Source: Bradymonadia bacterium (GTDB lineage Bacteria; Myxococcota_A; Bradymonadia; UBA7976; UBA1532). From it: a DNA stretch of 64,000 nucleotides. The notes beneath the pieces were generated by a model. The model had not been told where the DNA came from and made no database searches. It saw only the letters and a program-made list of their open reading frames with translations. Where the stretch lies: contig JBKAGE010000080.1 of assembly GCA_046290225.1 (NCBI GenBank), positions 83,054 to 147,053 on the forward strand. Direction: 5' to 3'. Made by a program: the position numbers and the translations under genes. This document shows, piece by piece, positions 46,523-57,300 of the stretch (positions are counted from its first letter, which is position 1; every line of letters starts with the position of its first letter).

Positions 46523-48802
46523 CTACCCCCCTTGCCATGGTAGGCCTGCAAACTCCTCTGGTTCACAACACAAACAACAAATGGATGCAGTGGTTGATGT
46601 ATCTGAGCCAAAAGAACACAATAACACATCTCTCAGGCAGTCCTGGTTGTTGATGTAGGATAGGACGTCTTCCCAAAGTTGATGCACACGCTTGCAATCC
46701 TTCTCACGGGCAAGATGGAAAATCCGTAAGTGTTCCGGCTCAACAGGAAGCACGTATGTCTGCTCAAGTAGACCACTCGTCGATGTCTGGTCCTTATGAC
46801 GTACAACGCCCCCATGTCGAGCAGCATATGCAAGCGCGCCTGAGCGAGCGACTTCGATGAAAGGGTTGATATGCAGAAGACCTGTTTGAGAATCCCACCG
46901 GAATTGCCCCTTCTTACGCTTCTCACTGACCATTTTATCGGAGATTTTTTGAATTGAGTCGGCTTTAGGCAAACTACGAAAAAGGTGCTCATTGAGGTCG
47001 TTCTTGTCTTTGCGACCACCAAGTAGAATACAAATTGCCTGCTCGACTTTTGGATCCATGTTCCGGCCAGCGCGGCCCGCTCCTTGAAGATATGCAGACA
47101 ATCGTGTGGGGGGCATCACGTGAACCACCCAATCCAACCAAGGCAAGTCGACACCCATACCAAAGGCAGAAGTCGCGACAACGACCTGCAACTGACCGCT
47201 ACGGAGCTTGTCAGCGGCCTCGTTCTTTGCGTCCTTCGGCAAACCCCCATGAAAATGGGTTGCCTGGATACCTGCCGCCCTCAAATGCTCGGCAACGAGT
47301 TCAGCGGAGAGCATCTTCTTTTTGGCGTGACTGCAATATACGAGGCCCCGGCTGACAGGACGTGACTGGATGAACTTGGTCAACCACTTCAGGCGTCTTT
47401 TGTAGCTCGGGATGTTGAACGCGGCATAGCGCAGTTCAGGCCTGTCAGCATGGCTTTGAACCACAATCGGATCCTCAAGCTCCAGGTTTTGCTGCAGTTC
47501 CTGAATATTGTGTGGGGTCAGAGTCGCCGAGAATGCGACGAGAGGAATGTCCTCACCTGCATGGTATGACAACCACTTGCGTAGCTTGCCGAGGCGCAGA
47601 TAATCCTGGCGAAACGTATGGCCCCAGTCGAGAACACAGTGCGCCTCGTCTATGACGATACGTGACGGCAGACGCCAGGAGCACAACGCCTCTCGGAAAC
47701 CCTCACTGAGCAGGAGTTCGGGCGAGACGTATACGATGTGAGTGTAGTCCAGCTCCTGAAATGCTTGAGCTCTCGCTTCATGGTCCATATTGCCTTCAAA
47801 ACGAAGCGCGTCATCTTCACGACGAACCTGGTCTGCCATGAGGGCCAGGAGTGGGGAGACCACCAGGACATAGCCCTCTCCCTCATCGGCCAGGACGCGT
47901 GCAGGTAGGGTGTAACACAAGGTTTTTCCTGTGCCTGTTGGCAACACCACAATCCCGTCGCGACCCTCAAGCACGACCCTGGCAGCCTGCTCTTGTTGAG
48001 CGTTGCGCCAACAGTTGTGCCCTTCGGCAATCAACGCCGCCCCCAGCTCATCCTGTCCCGCTGGAGGGCCATCGGCGTATTGGCGAGATGTGCTCTGCCA
48101 CGCTTCTCGAATCTGATGACGCAGTTTGTTGCCCAGCCTCCGGGTGGTCTCCGGCCACAAGTGCAATGGACCTCGTGGAGACAAGCGCCTCAGGAGATCT
48201 TGCGTCTCCTTTGAGTCATCAATGTCAGGTGCCTCATCCGCCAGAATTCGAAGCAGTACTGGTGGCAGTTCCAACAGCGCAGCCAGCTCAGGAAATTGCT
48301 TCACGAGACTGGCGTGCTCAGGTAGGGACAGGAGCTGACGGGTAGCAGCAATCAAGCGCTCGCCATCATCGCCCCATCGCGGAGGCAGGGTGGCCAGCCT
48401 GTCAGGCAATGCACCCGCCTTCTCAGAGAGCATCTGCCAGATCTGAGCCACTTCATTCGGCGTGGCTCCGTCAGGAGTGACGTGGAACCTGATAGGAAAG
48501 GTGACACCGCTGTCCGTCACCAACCCTCCCAGCCCTCGCATCCGGGATGCCAGCGACTCCAGATCTGCTCCTTCCTCTGGACCATCGGTCAGCAACGCAC
48601 GAAGCTCGGAATCATGTCGCATCTCGAACCATGCACGCGCGCTCAGGTGGGCAGGTACCTTCGAGCGACGTATCTTCGCATCCGGGCTCTCCGTCACCGG
48701 CTTGCCACAGCAGGGAAAAACCCGTGGCCTTTGGCCTTTGATCTCCATCACCACCGAGGTCAAACCGCCACAATATGGGCAGTCGAGAAGGTACTCGCGC
48801 AT
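46523..48802 (-). CDS. RecQ-like SF2 helicase with N-terminal Zn-ribbon extension
   Basis: GGAGGAGG RBS and TGATG overlap at 48802; CPYC...CC; LPTGTGKTLCY, SPLLALM.DQV, YVSPE, IDEAHC..DWGH.FR, TSAFGMGVD, Q.AGRAGR; C-terminal CLR...CCLCC. Confidence 0.9.
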   Translation of the reverse strand: MREYLLDCPYCGGLTSVVMEIKGQRPRVFPCCGKPVTESPDAKIRRSKVPAHLSARAWFEMRHDSELRALLTDGPEEGADLESLASRMRGLGGLVTDSGVTFPIRFHVTPDGATPNEVAQIWQMLSEKAGALPDRLATLPPRWGDDGERLIAATRQLLSLPEHASLVKQFPELAALLELPPVLLRILADEAPDIDDSKETQDLLRRLSPRGPLHLWPETTRRLGNKLRHQIREAWQSTSRQYADGPPAGQDELGAALIAEGHNCWRNAQQEQAARVVLEGRDGIVVLPTGTGKTLCYTLPARVLADEGEGYVLVVSPLLALMADQVRREDDALRFEGNMDHEARAQAFQELDYTHIVYVSPELLLSEGFREALCSWRLPSRIVIDEAHCVLDWGHTFRQDYLRLGKLRKWLSYHAGEDIPLVAFSATLTPHNIQELQQNLELEDPIVVQSHADRPELRYAAFNIPSYKRRLKWLTKFIQSRPVSRGLVYCSHAKKKMLSAELVAEHLRAAGIQATHFHGGLPKDAKNEAADKLRSGQLQVVVATSAFGMGVDLPWLDWVVHVMPPTRLSAYLQGAGRAGRNMDPKVEQAICILLGGRKDKNDLNEHLFRSLPKADSIQKISDKMVSEKRKKGQFRWDSQTGLLHINPFIEVARSGALAYAARHGGVVRHKDQTSTSGLLEQTYVLPVEPEHLRIFHLAREKDCKRVHQLWEDVLSYINNQDCLRDVLLCSFGSDTSTTASICCLCCEPEEFAGLPWQGG

Positions 48803-49512
48803 CAGGCCACCTCCTCCAAAATGCAGTGGTTTACCAGTTCCTCGAACAGCTTCCACACCAGCTGTGCCTGCTGAGCCCCGATTGTGACACCGACCTCAAT
48901 GTTCCGGGACATGCCCAGGTGCGTGAAGTTGGCTGACGTCACGAGACCACGCTGACGGTCTGAAATCAGGAGTTTAGCGTGCAGTTTGGCCATGTCCTTG
49001 GGTGGGTAGGTGTACAGGTGAAGCCGTTCCAGGCTTTCCCTGAATACCCCCCGGAGGTACTTCAACTTCTCGTTCTTCGGGCTTTCCCGGCCTTCCAGAT
49101 CATGGCCAATGATGTTGATGTCTACAGAGTGGGGCAAGCTGGCAAGCTGCTCCCAGCAACCAGCAGCCTTGGTAAGGCTGTATCCGACCAGGAGTATGCT
49201 ACGCCGAGCAGTGCCGATGAGCTCATCGACCACCTGGGATGTGATACGCATCGGAACGCGGATCCCACTCATACCAGTCCACACCATCGAGGGAGTTTCC
49301 CTTGTAGAGGCATAGTGCTCAGCGGCGGCACGTGCCCCCCTGAACGCTGGTAGCAACTCGCTCTTCATAGACAGCTTCAGCGAATCAAGGACCTGCCGGT
49401 GCCCCGCAGACAGGTTTGAGCTGCCTGCTCCGCTCAACTCACGAACAACGGCGTCACGCTCCAGTGGGGACAGCGTCTCTACAAAAGCTGCCAGCTGAGC
49501 CCAGGCAGGCAT
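48802..49512 (-). CDS. drmC: DISARM phospholipase D-family nuclease DrmC
   Basis: VWTG...R.T..V; LHAKLLISD (HxKxxxxD); TSANFT..G...NIEVG; ATG overlaps the drmB stop. Confidence 0.85.
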   Translation of the reverse strand: MPAWAQLAAFVETLSPLERDAVVRELSGAGSSNLSAGHRQVLDSLKLSMKSELLPAFRGARAAAEHYASTRETPSMVWTGMSGIRVPMRITSQVVDELIGTARRSILLVGYSLTKAAGCWEQLASLPHSVDINIIGHDLEGRESPKNEKLKYLRGVFRESLERLHLYTYPPKDMAKLHAKLLISDRQRGLVTSANFTHLGMSRNIEVGVTIGAQQAQLVWKLFEELVNHCILEEVA

Positions 49513-51242
49513 CAGAACGAGTCGCTGAAAAAGCCGGGCATGTCGACCCCGGGCAAGTCCACCAGCGTGGCACGATCCAGAAGGTGGTTCCGATGCTCGC
49601 AGGAGGTTTCCGAGACGAGGACACACGCGTGGCATGCCACACCATTGAGCGTGTCCTTCAGCTTTTCTGGTGCCCGCTCCCGACAGAGAGGATCACCAGA
49701 GCACAGAGTGGCATGGTCGATGGCCCGCTGGAGCAAACCTGGCAATCGATCTGGAGCCCCTTGACGCAGGAGTCCGCCAAGGGAGCCATCAGAATCAACC
49801 GTACCCGTGTAGATCAGAATGCCGTTCTGGCCGGGCTCAGCGTATACGCGCTCCTTGAGTGAAGCCGAGGAATACCCACACTCAAGCGACAATACGTTGA
49901 TGAGCACATGAGCCAGGGTATGGAGCATCACAAAGCCCGGACGACGCTTGACGACAGTCCAGCCCCTCTCCTCACGCCTCTTCTCATCACGAGCGAGCAA
50001 CATGCCAACCCGGTCAAGGACATGTTGGTTCTTCTCCCATGCACCAAGTCGCTCTTCATCAACCTGGAGGAACAGCCCCTCACCAAACAGCTCTGTACCC
50101 GGCACCCAGCTGGTCTTCTCCACCCAGGGCTTGAGAGTAGCGATCTCAGGTCGGTCCGGATCTGGCGCGTCTATGCGTGAGAAGCCAGCAAGTGCTCGGA
50201 CCTCACGAAGCTTCTCCACCAGAACGAGGTTACCCAGATGAAACCCGTCTGGGATGTCGCCGGGCCGGGTTCGAAAATCGCCCTGAAGCATGCCTTTGGG
50301 CGGTGTACGAAGGGCGTTGTACTCCTCATGGCGGTAGTTGGTCGGCGCCTTGAAGCCTGACAGCCGCTGCTCAATGGCAGTGTCGATTTCATCAGCATCA
50401 AACGAGTACTTCGCCTGTAGCACCGAGCGGGCAACCTGCCGGTAGATCTCTGGGTTGTCTTCAAGGACGCTCAGGGTCTTCCAATGTGCATCCAACGCCT
50501 TCTCTATCGGATCCGAGAAAGGTGGGATGGACAGCTGGCTGACGACGGAGGAGAAGTACAGGTTGGTAGCACCTCGTAGACTCCCGCGAGGGCCGTCTTC
50601 TCCGCCGAGCAGTGTGCAGTCCTCATTCGGCTCATCAGGTACCCAGGGTCTCCGCCCACTACATTTCCAACCACGGAGGCCATCCTTACCCAATGCACCT
50701 GACAGGCTGCGGTGGGCACCGCAACTCTGGCATCGCACTCTAAGGTCCGACAGAGTTGCGGCAGAGCCACTGCTGGTGAGAGTCAGAATCGGATCATCGG
50801 ACGCTGAGCAATCCTTCCCTTTATGTACCCACCAGCTCCACGGAAAATCGTCAATATGCCCTTTGGGGCATACGGTGATGAGGCGAGCTGGATAAGTGCG
50901 CACGTTCCGGCACTTCGGACTGGTACACATCGGCCCCCGTTTGGCGCGTATCTTCGCCGGCATACGCGAGAGGTCCACGATTCTTCGGCAAGATGGGCAA
51001 ACATGTTTGTCGGGAAACGGTACAACTGGGACATCCAGTCCACCCCCCTCACATTTTGGAGTTTGGAAACTGGCGACTTCCAAACGTTCCTGCAGGAAGC
51101 GCTCCTGGATCTCCCGGCCCTCGGGCCAGTAGTCGATGGCCGTCACAATCGCGGAATCATGACGCAGATCTACAATGGCACCAGGGCCGAAGGTGGTTAC
51201 CAGTTGAGAGGGCCGAATACGGCCGATGTCAGGGCGCTTCAC
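49512..51242 (-). CDS. drmB: DISARM DUF1998 protein DrmB
   Basis: IRPSQLVTTFGPGAIVD; C..GH.DDFPW; HTLAH.LI; CS.DP.C...ACHAC....ETSCE..N..LDR. Confidence 0.92.
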   Translation of the reverse strand: MKRPDIGRIRPSQLVTTFGPGAIVDLRHDSAIVTAIDYWPEGREIQERFLQERLEVASFQTPKCEGGGLDVPVVPFPDKHVCPSCRRIVDLSRMPAKIRAKRGPMCTSPKCRNVRTYPARLITVCPKGHIDDFPWSWWVHKGKDCSASDDPILTLTSSGSAATLSDLRVRCQSCGAHRSLSGALGKDGLRGWKCSGRRPWVPDEPNEDCTLLGGEDGPRGSLRGATNLYFSSVVSQLSIPPFSDPIEKALDAHWKTLSVLEDNPEIYRQVARSVLQAKYSFDADEIDTAIEQRLSGFKAPTNYRHEEYNALRTPPKGMLQGDFRTRPGDIPDGFHLGNLVLVEKLREVRALAGFSRIDAPDPDRPEIATLKPWVEKTSWVPGTELFGEGLFLQVDEERLGAWEKNQHVLDRVGMLLARDEKRREERGWTVVKRRPGFVMLHTLAHVLINVLSLECGYSSASLKERVYAEPGQNGILIYTGTVDSDGSLGGLLRQGAPDRLPGLLQRAIDHATLCSGDPLCRERAPEKLKDTLNGVACHACVLVSETSCEHRNHLLDRATLVDLPGVDMPGFFSDSF

Positions 51243-54200
51243 AGGTCCGGCTCCATACCCTTGGGTGAATGAAAATAGAACTCTGCAGAGGGCTCTACCT
51301 CACGCAGGGAAGTCAGGGTCGGCCACCCATCACCACTCCCTGGTGCAGGCTCCATGAGTACAGGCTTCGGCTCCCCTCCTGGAGGGGCCATCGTGCCGTA
51401 TTGAAGGTCCGGATGACTGCCTGCCCGTTGTCTCCATTGATCCAACAGCCCTTCGGCCATGAAGGTGACGTCTGAGCCAGACTCGCCGGTCATGGCCGCT
51501 CGGCTCTGCAATATCTTGATGATTCGATCAGCAATGCCCGCCGGCAGCTTCTTGATCTGCTTTGCATCCTTCCCAGCAGGCAAGCCGCCATCCAGATGGC
51601 GAGCAAGAGCAACGATCAAAGCATGTAAACCTCGATTGAGCGCCTGAGGCGCAAATGGGGTGACACTGGTTGCCTCGACGAACTGGTAGAGCGATTGGTG
51701 ATAGCTGCGAAACTGCTCGTAGTGACTGATGTCTCTAGGGCGAGTCCACCGATACAGGCTGCACACAAGACCCGGATGACGACGTCCTACGCGAGAGGTG
51801 GCCTGAATGTACTCGCTGGTGGTTTTGGGCTGGCCCGCAACCACCATCATTCCCAAGCGATCGATGTCCACCCCAACCGAAATCATGTTGCTGGCCAGCA
51901 CCACGTCCTTCGGAGGAATCTCCCCATCGAGGGTCTGCTCGAGCGCAGTCAGCGCCTGGGGAACCTCCGTGGAGGTGAGACGGCTCGTAAGCTCTTGGAT
52001 GCGGTCGCGATAAATCGCTCTACCACTACTCCGATCATCAGTTCTCAACCCCCTGAGGCGATCGTTGACGTCGTCCTCACACAAGGGAATGGCGCCCGCG
52101 AGCTCACGAATGGAGTTGAAGTACCCAACCAGGGTCCACCACGGATCTACATCCTCGCCCTGCTCGAGCAGCAGCCAAGCCTTGTGGAGGAGTGCAGCAT
52201 AGACACGCAGCAGGGCAGTCTTTCCTGACTTACCCACAGGGTTGACGCCAAAATAAAGACGCCCAGGCATGTCCGAGCGCTCCCGGGCGAACCAGGAGTC
52301 CCGAGCATCGAGACCAGGTGGTGGAAATTGGGAGACTCGACGAGTGAACAACCCCCTGCACTGCTCATCTGCATGCCGGATGGTGGCGGTAGACGCCACA
52401 TAACGTGGTCGAACTCCATCGTCTGTGGTGGCCAGAACATCCAACACCGTTTCATACAGCCCGGTGATGGTGCCCAGTGGCCCCGAGATGAGGTGCAATT
52501 CATCCATCAGGATGAGTGATGGTGGCGCTGTAGGTCTCACACCACGTCCGAACAACTGCCGTGTGTCCTCCACCCAGGGCAGCTGAGCGAACTTGTCCAC
52601 CGTTCCGATGAGCAAGGCAGGCCGGGTCGAGTAGATCTCCTCATCAGTCACGACAACAGGCAGGCCAGAGTCGGCATCGCTCGCGCTACCGTGAAAGTCA
52701 CATGCCCTGTTCGGACAGGTGATGAGCATGCGACCCGCGCGCTTGTTGATGTGGTAGTCCTTCAACTCAATCGGAGTACCACACCATGGGCAATGACTGA
52801 ACTGCACTGGGTTGGCCGATGCCGGAGTACGACCGCGACGGCATTCACGAAGCGCAAACTCCGCTCCCCTGACGTTCTTTGGAGTTGCCCGTGTACCCAC
52901 CCACAAGCCGATGCGGAAAGGCTCGCTCCCCCATCGTCCCGGATCTGAGCGCCGGACGACCTCGCAAGCGCAGATGAGCGCAGTAGCACGTTGGAACTGC
53001 TGCAAAGTAAGCAGCCGAAGTGTGTAGCGCATGATTACGGTGATGCCAGCACCCTCAGCGATCTCATCTCGCAGCCGACGTAGGGCCATGGTGAAGGCAG
53101 CCACACCAAGGTAGGCCTCCGTCTTGCCACCACCGGTCGGGAACCACAGGAGATCAACAACGTCTCGATCCGGGTGAGCGGGATCAACCGTGGCAGGGAT
53201 GTTCATCAGCAAGAAGGCCAGCTGGAACGGACGCCAGCTTCCCTCGAGCTTCAGCTCGTTATCTTCTCCTCGTCGCCTTGCGAGGCTCCACCCCGAATGG
53301 GCGCGCTGAAGCAGCATGACCCTGCATGCAAAACGAAATGCCTCTCCTACTTCAGGATCCTGCAAGCACAGCAGCCCGTCGCGCATGCGCTTGAGAGCCG
53401 TTGTACACTGCAGCACGTGACCCTCCGCAGTCTCCTTGAGAGCCGGAATGACATTTGGCAGTTTTTCCGTCTGCTGCTCTTCAATCCAGTCCTCATAGAG
53501 TTTCAGCAAGGGCTCGATGCTCGATATCGCCTCCGCTGCTGAGGCGTTTGCCAGGAAGCCCATGCTCAGGCACTCCAGTCCAGAGTCCTTGGGCAGGATG
53601 GGGTGTACTTCCCAGAAGGGCATGATCTCAGTGCGCAGTGCTGTAGCCGACTGGCCATCCTCAGCATCCCACTCAGCAGCGCAGTTGTGGCCGCGGGCAA
53701 ACTCCGGCATGCCCGAGTAGATGAGGCGAGTGGATCTCTCCTCATCTGACAGGCTCTGGATGTCCGCTTCATGGCTTCTGTCGAGAAAGGCCGCCGCCCC
53801 CCCTGCGTTGATCTCCAAGCGGGGCTGGAAAAGGCAGAGTGAATCATTCCGCCCGGACTTTGGCTCTTCGGAACGATTGGTCAGAAAGAGGCTGACGGTC
53901 GTGATGTCGCCAGCCCTTCTTGCAATCGCGTCCACGGTGACGTCGATCGCCACCGTGTGCTTACTAGTCCCAGGGGTCAGGGGCAAGGACAAGCTGCCGT
54001 GTACCGGGGTCCGCTGCCACGCACGCTGACCATCATCGCTGGTGGAGGTGTAACGCCCCCCTTCCCAGCTGACATCCAGGTGCGTGATGTCACCACGCAC
54101 CAAAAACGTAAGTCCTATGGCGCCAGGCAATGGAATGCGGCGCAAATCAGCAGCACTGTTTACGCCATCGTCTCCATCGTCCCCCATACCCAGACCCAAG

Positions 54201-54364
54201 GTGTCGTTTGCCTCTTCGGCAGGGTGAGCACCACCAGGGTAGAGAATTCCGGTCAGATAAGCGCTGGTAGGAGGATCTGCAATGAGCTCATCTTCAGCAT
54301 AGGGCCCCATCAGGTCCTGACGGGAGAACGACATCAACTCGTTTCTGATCTCAACAGGAGTCAT
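51239..54364 (-). CDS. drmA: DISARM helicase DrmA
   Basis: Y.TGILYP; GHNCAA.W; WRPFQLAF; WFPTGGGKTEAYL; MRYTLRLLT.QQF.R; DELHLI.GPLG; ISVGVD; EYIQATSRVGR. Confidence 0.93.
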   Translation of the reverse strand: MTPVEIRNELMSFSRQDLMGPYAEDELIADPPTSAYLTGILYPGGAHPAEEANDTLGLGMGDDGDDGVNSAADLRRIPLPGAIGLTFLVRGDITHLDVSWEGGRYTSTSDDGQRAWQRTPVHGSLSLPLTPGTSKHTVAIDVTVDAIARRAGDITTVSLFLTNRSEEPKSGRNDSLCLFQPRLEINAGGAAAFLDRSHEADIQSLSDEERSTRLIYSGMPEFARGHNCAAEWDAEDGQSATALRTEIMPFWEVHPILPKDSGLECLSMGFLANASAAEAISSIEPLLKLYEDWIEEQQTEKLPNVIPALKETAEGHVLQCTTALKRMRDGLLCLQDPEVGEAFRFACRVMLLQRAHSGWSLARRRGEDNELKLEGSWRPFQLAFLLMNIPATVDPAHPDRDVVDLLWFPTGGGKTEAYLGVAAFTMALRRLRDEIAEGAGITVIMRYTLRLLTLQQFQRATALICACEVVRRSDPGRWGSEPFRIGLWVGTRATPKNVRGAEFALRECRRGRTPASANPVQFSHCPWCGTPIELKDYHINKRAGRMLITCPNRACDFHGSASDADSGLPVVVTDEEIYSTRPALLIGTVDKFAQLPWVEDTRQLFGRGVRPTAPPSLILMDELHLISGPLGTITGLYETVLDVLATTDDGVRPRYVASTATIRHADEQCRGLFTRRVSQFPPPGLDARDSWFARERSDMPGRLYFGVNPVGKSGKTALLRVYAALLHKAWLLLEQGEDVDPWWTLVGYFNSIRELAGAIPLCEDDVNDRLRGLRTDDRSSGRAIYRDRIQELTSRLTSTEVPQALTALEQTLDGEIPPKDVVLASNMISVGVDIDRLGMMVVAGQPKTTSEYIQATSRVGRRHPGLVCSLYRWTRPRDISHYEQFRSYHQSLYQFVEATSVTPFAPQALNRGLHALIVALARHLDGGLPAGKDAKQIKKLPAGIADRIIKILQSRAAMTGESGSDVTFMAEGLLDQWRQRAGSHPDLQYGTMAPPGGEPKPVLMEPAPGSGDGWPTLTSLREVEPSAEFYFHSPKGMEPDL

Positions 54365-57300
54365 GCTGTCTCAGCCCCCAGGATCCGAGCCAGCTCCGAC
54401 TGGCCGAAGGTAAGCACGGTCGTAGAGCCTTCTTGAGCGGACTGCTCCCCACTGTCGTTCTTGCTCATGTCCCAGACCACCCCCAACCCCTTGAGGGGCT
54501 GGATGGTGAACTGGCCCTTGACAATATCTGCGCGGAGTCTGTCAGGCAGCTCGCAGCCAATGGCCCAGGCATCGTCCAAAGCATGGGCCAGGGCCATGGA
54601 CCACAACCCCTGATCCAATCCGTCAGAATGAGCATTCTTGAAGATTTCGTCGAGCACTGACACGCCATTGCTGAGGCGAACCACGGTCGAACTCACAGCA
54701 CCGCCTTCTGACGAGAACCGGCTCTCACACACAAGTACATCCAGGGTGGTCTTGCCATACTCGTGTTTAACGACGACCCGCATCATGTCCGGGTGATCTT
54801 TGATGAACCAGTCTGAGTGCGGATCCAGACCAACCCAGAAACAATGACCGTTGGTCTTGTGCGCTTGGTCTGCGTAGAAGCGCAAGGCGTGGCGACCAAG
54901 CAGCTCTGATGCAAAGGCAATACGATCGGTGGCCTTAAGCGCAAGTGCTGGTGCGAGCTTGCCAGTCCGGTTGGCCACCTGATTGACCATGGTGTCAATC
55001 TGAGACTCATCGAGGTCCTTGGCCTGACTCCTGAGCATGGCCCGAAGGTTTCGCTTCAGCGGATCCTTGACCACATCGGAGGCTACAATGAGGCTGTAAT
55101 CACCGTTCTTCCCAAGCCCGGTGGATACATGCAACACTTCCGGTACATTGGACATACCGGTAAGCTGACGTCGAGTGATGCCAATGTCGATGATGGCAAC
55201 TTGAAGCGCAATTTGGCGAAGCCTCTCAAAATGCTCGGCGGTTTCCCCGATCTCACCATGAAGCTCGAGGTACTCAAGTACGTCTGCAGCCTTGCTGGAG
55301 CGGCCCTTGTTGAAAGATCTGGCAGTGGCATCAGCCCATGCATAGAGCATGCGGTCCGGTGTCGGAGGTCGTAGATCGATAACCAAGTCTGTCTGATTGC
55401 CACTTGCAGGTTTCTGAGGCCGCTCCAAAACCGGATCTGACTCGCCATCAGGTAGCAAGATAGGCTCGGACCTAACCTTGAACTGTCGCTCACCGCTGAA
55501 CAGGAAGGGCACGATGGCAATATCGAGCAGCACCTCCGAGTGATTCCCCTTACCGACAAGGCTGTCAGGCAGCTTCTTGCTGTTGCCAGTTATATGGTGA
55601 CGCACTTCCAGGAGAGGAAAATGCGAGTGCCCGCCGGTCTTCATGAGAGTACGGGCATGCCCCTCCTCTACTAGGCTGTCCACTTCTACAGCACCTTCAG
55701 GCGCCACCAAGTGGAGTGTCAGCCGTGTATCTGCGCGCTTGCGTGAGAACTGGCGGATGAACTCCCGGGCCATCCCGGTCTTCTCACCCATCAGCAAAAC
55801 ATGAAGGCCCGCCTGCTTGTGCGGCCGGGTTTCCACATACTCACTGGCAAGTTGCACGAGAGTGCGAACTGCGGCTGGATCCAGATCGGACGTGATGTGC
55901 GACTGAGAATCCTGCCGTTGGTAAGCCTCGCACCATCCACACTCTTTGACCGGTACATGAATCTGCCCGGCCTGAATGGAAAGAATCGGAGGGTAGCGAT
56001 GAGGTGACCAAGCCTTCATATGCTGCAGCATGAAGGAAAGATCCCGGTTGGAAGCATCCAGGATATTCTTCAGCTGACTCTCGATGTACTCGCACATACG
56101 GCTACGCCATGATGTAAACCACCGAAGTCGAAGCGGGTGGCACCCCATCATCCACACCCAACCTTGGACATCCTGCTCAGCTTCTTGCTGAACACAATCC
56201 ATGCTTCTGAGCATGGTGAGTGTGTCTGCATCATCAGAGGAGAGAGCCTGAACCAGCCGCTCCTGCCACGCCGTGATGTACTGGATGACGTGATCGTGTT
56301 GCAGTCCGGTTTGAGACAAGAGCTTCAGCCAACGTGCTCGAGTGTCAGCCCATTCACCTGCGAAGTCGCTCTTGGCTGCCTGCATGCTCTCAACGGTATC
56401 TACCTCACGCAAGTCGGCCTGGGTGCTCCAGAGGCCTGGCAAGGATCTCCACCTCTCGTTGCAGATGGCACCAATCCAAAGCTGGATGAGACCGGTGTCC
56501 TCCTTCTCGGGTGTCCACCGAAATGTGCGCTTTCCACCAGTACCAATATCGAGAGTGATGGATAGCTCCCGGGCTTCATCTATATGCTCGTCATAATCAC
56601 CATCGTCGGATGAATCCGACTCATCCGACATCCATGGAGTTCCATCAACTAGGAAAGGCTCAATCTCAACAGTGATTCCATCTTTAGATATGCGACTTTT
56701 GAGTTCATCCAGTGCGGAGCCATACAGGAACGCAAAAACACCTCTGAGAATATTGCTTTCAGTCCCAACGGTGATTGAAAGCCTGTCAGGGCTACTGGAA
56801 TTGGCCAGGAGACCATCCAAAGTCTGGATAATGCCATACAATGGCTCAGTAAAGAGGCTCTCTTTAGGGACGAGGCGCTTTACCTTGTTCTGTAGTACCC
56901 GGCTCAGCCGATGAAATACTTCTGGCGTCTCCATAAGTTCAATGGCCGCCTCCGCATTTTTCTCGTTAAGGTCTGACTCCCAGTCACCATCTTTGTAGAG
57001 CTTTAAAGGTTTCTTGTTGTTCGGGATATTCGTCAGAAACTGGTGAATTGCGAAGCCCAGCTCCGCCCCTTTTATCGATTCGATGCAACGCTTGAATTGG
57101 TCAAAGTCTACTTCGTCAAGAGCAGCCTTCTTGTTGTTATTCTCAAGAAATTCGCGAGTCAGATCCTTAAGACGCCTGTTTTCCTCAGGGTCTTCATGAA
57201 AGATCGCAGTACGCAGCCGCTCGATAATTTGATCCGGATCTCGCTCAGCTCCGCTGGGACGTCGGAGAGACGACCCGTAGATCAGTTGGCGGAACTCCCG

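Noticed and set aside
46523..48802. Housekeeping recQ
   Set aside because: Lacks WH/HRDC, has an atypical N-terminal extension, and is coupled to drmC inside the island, so no gene symbol was assigned.
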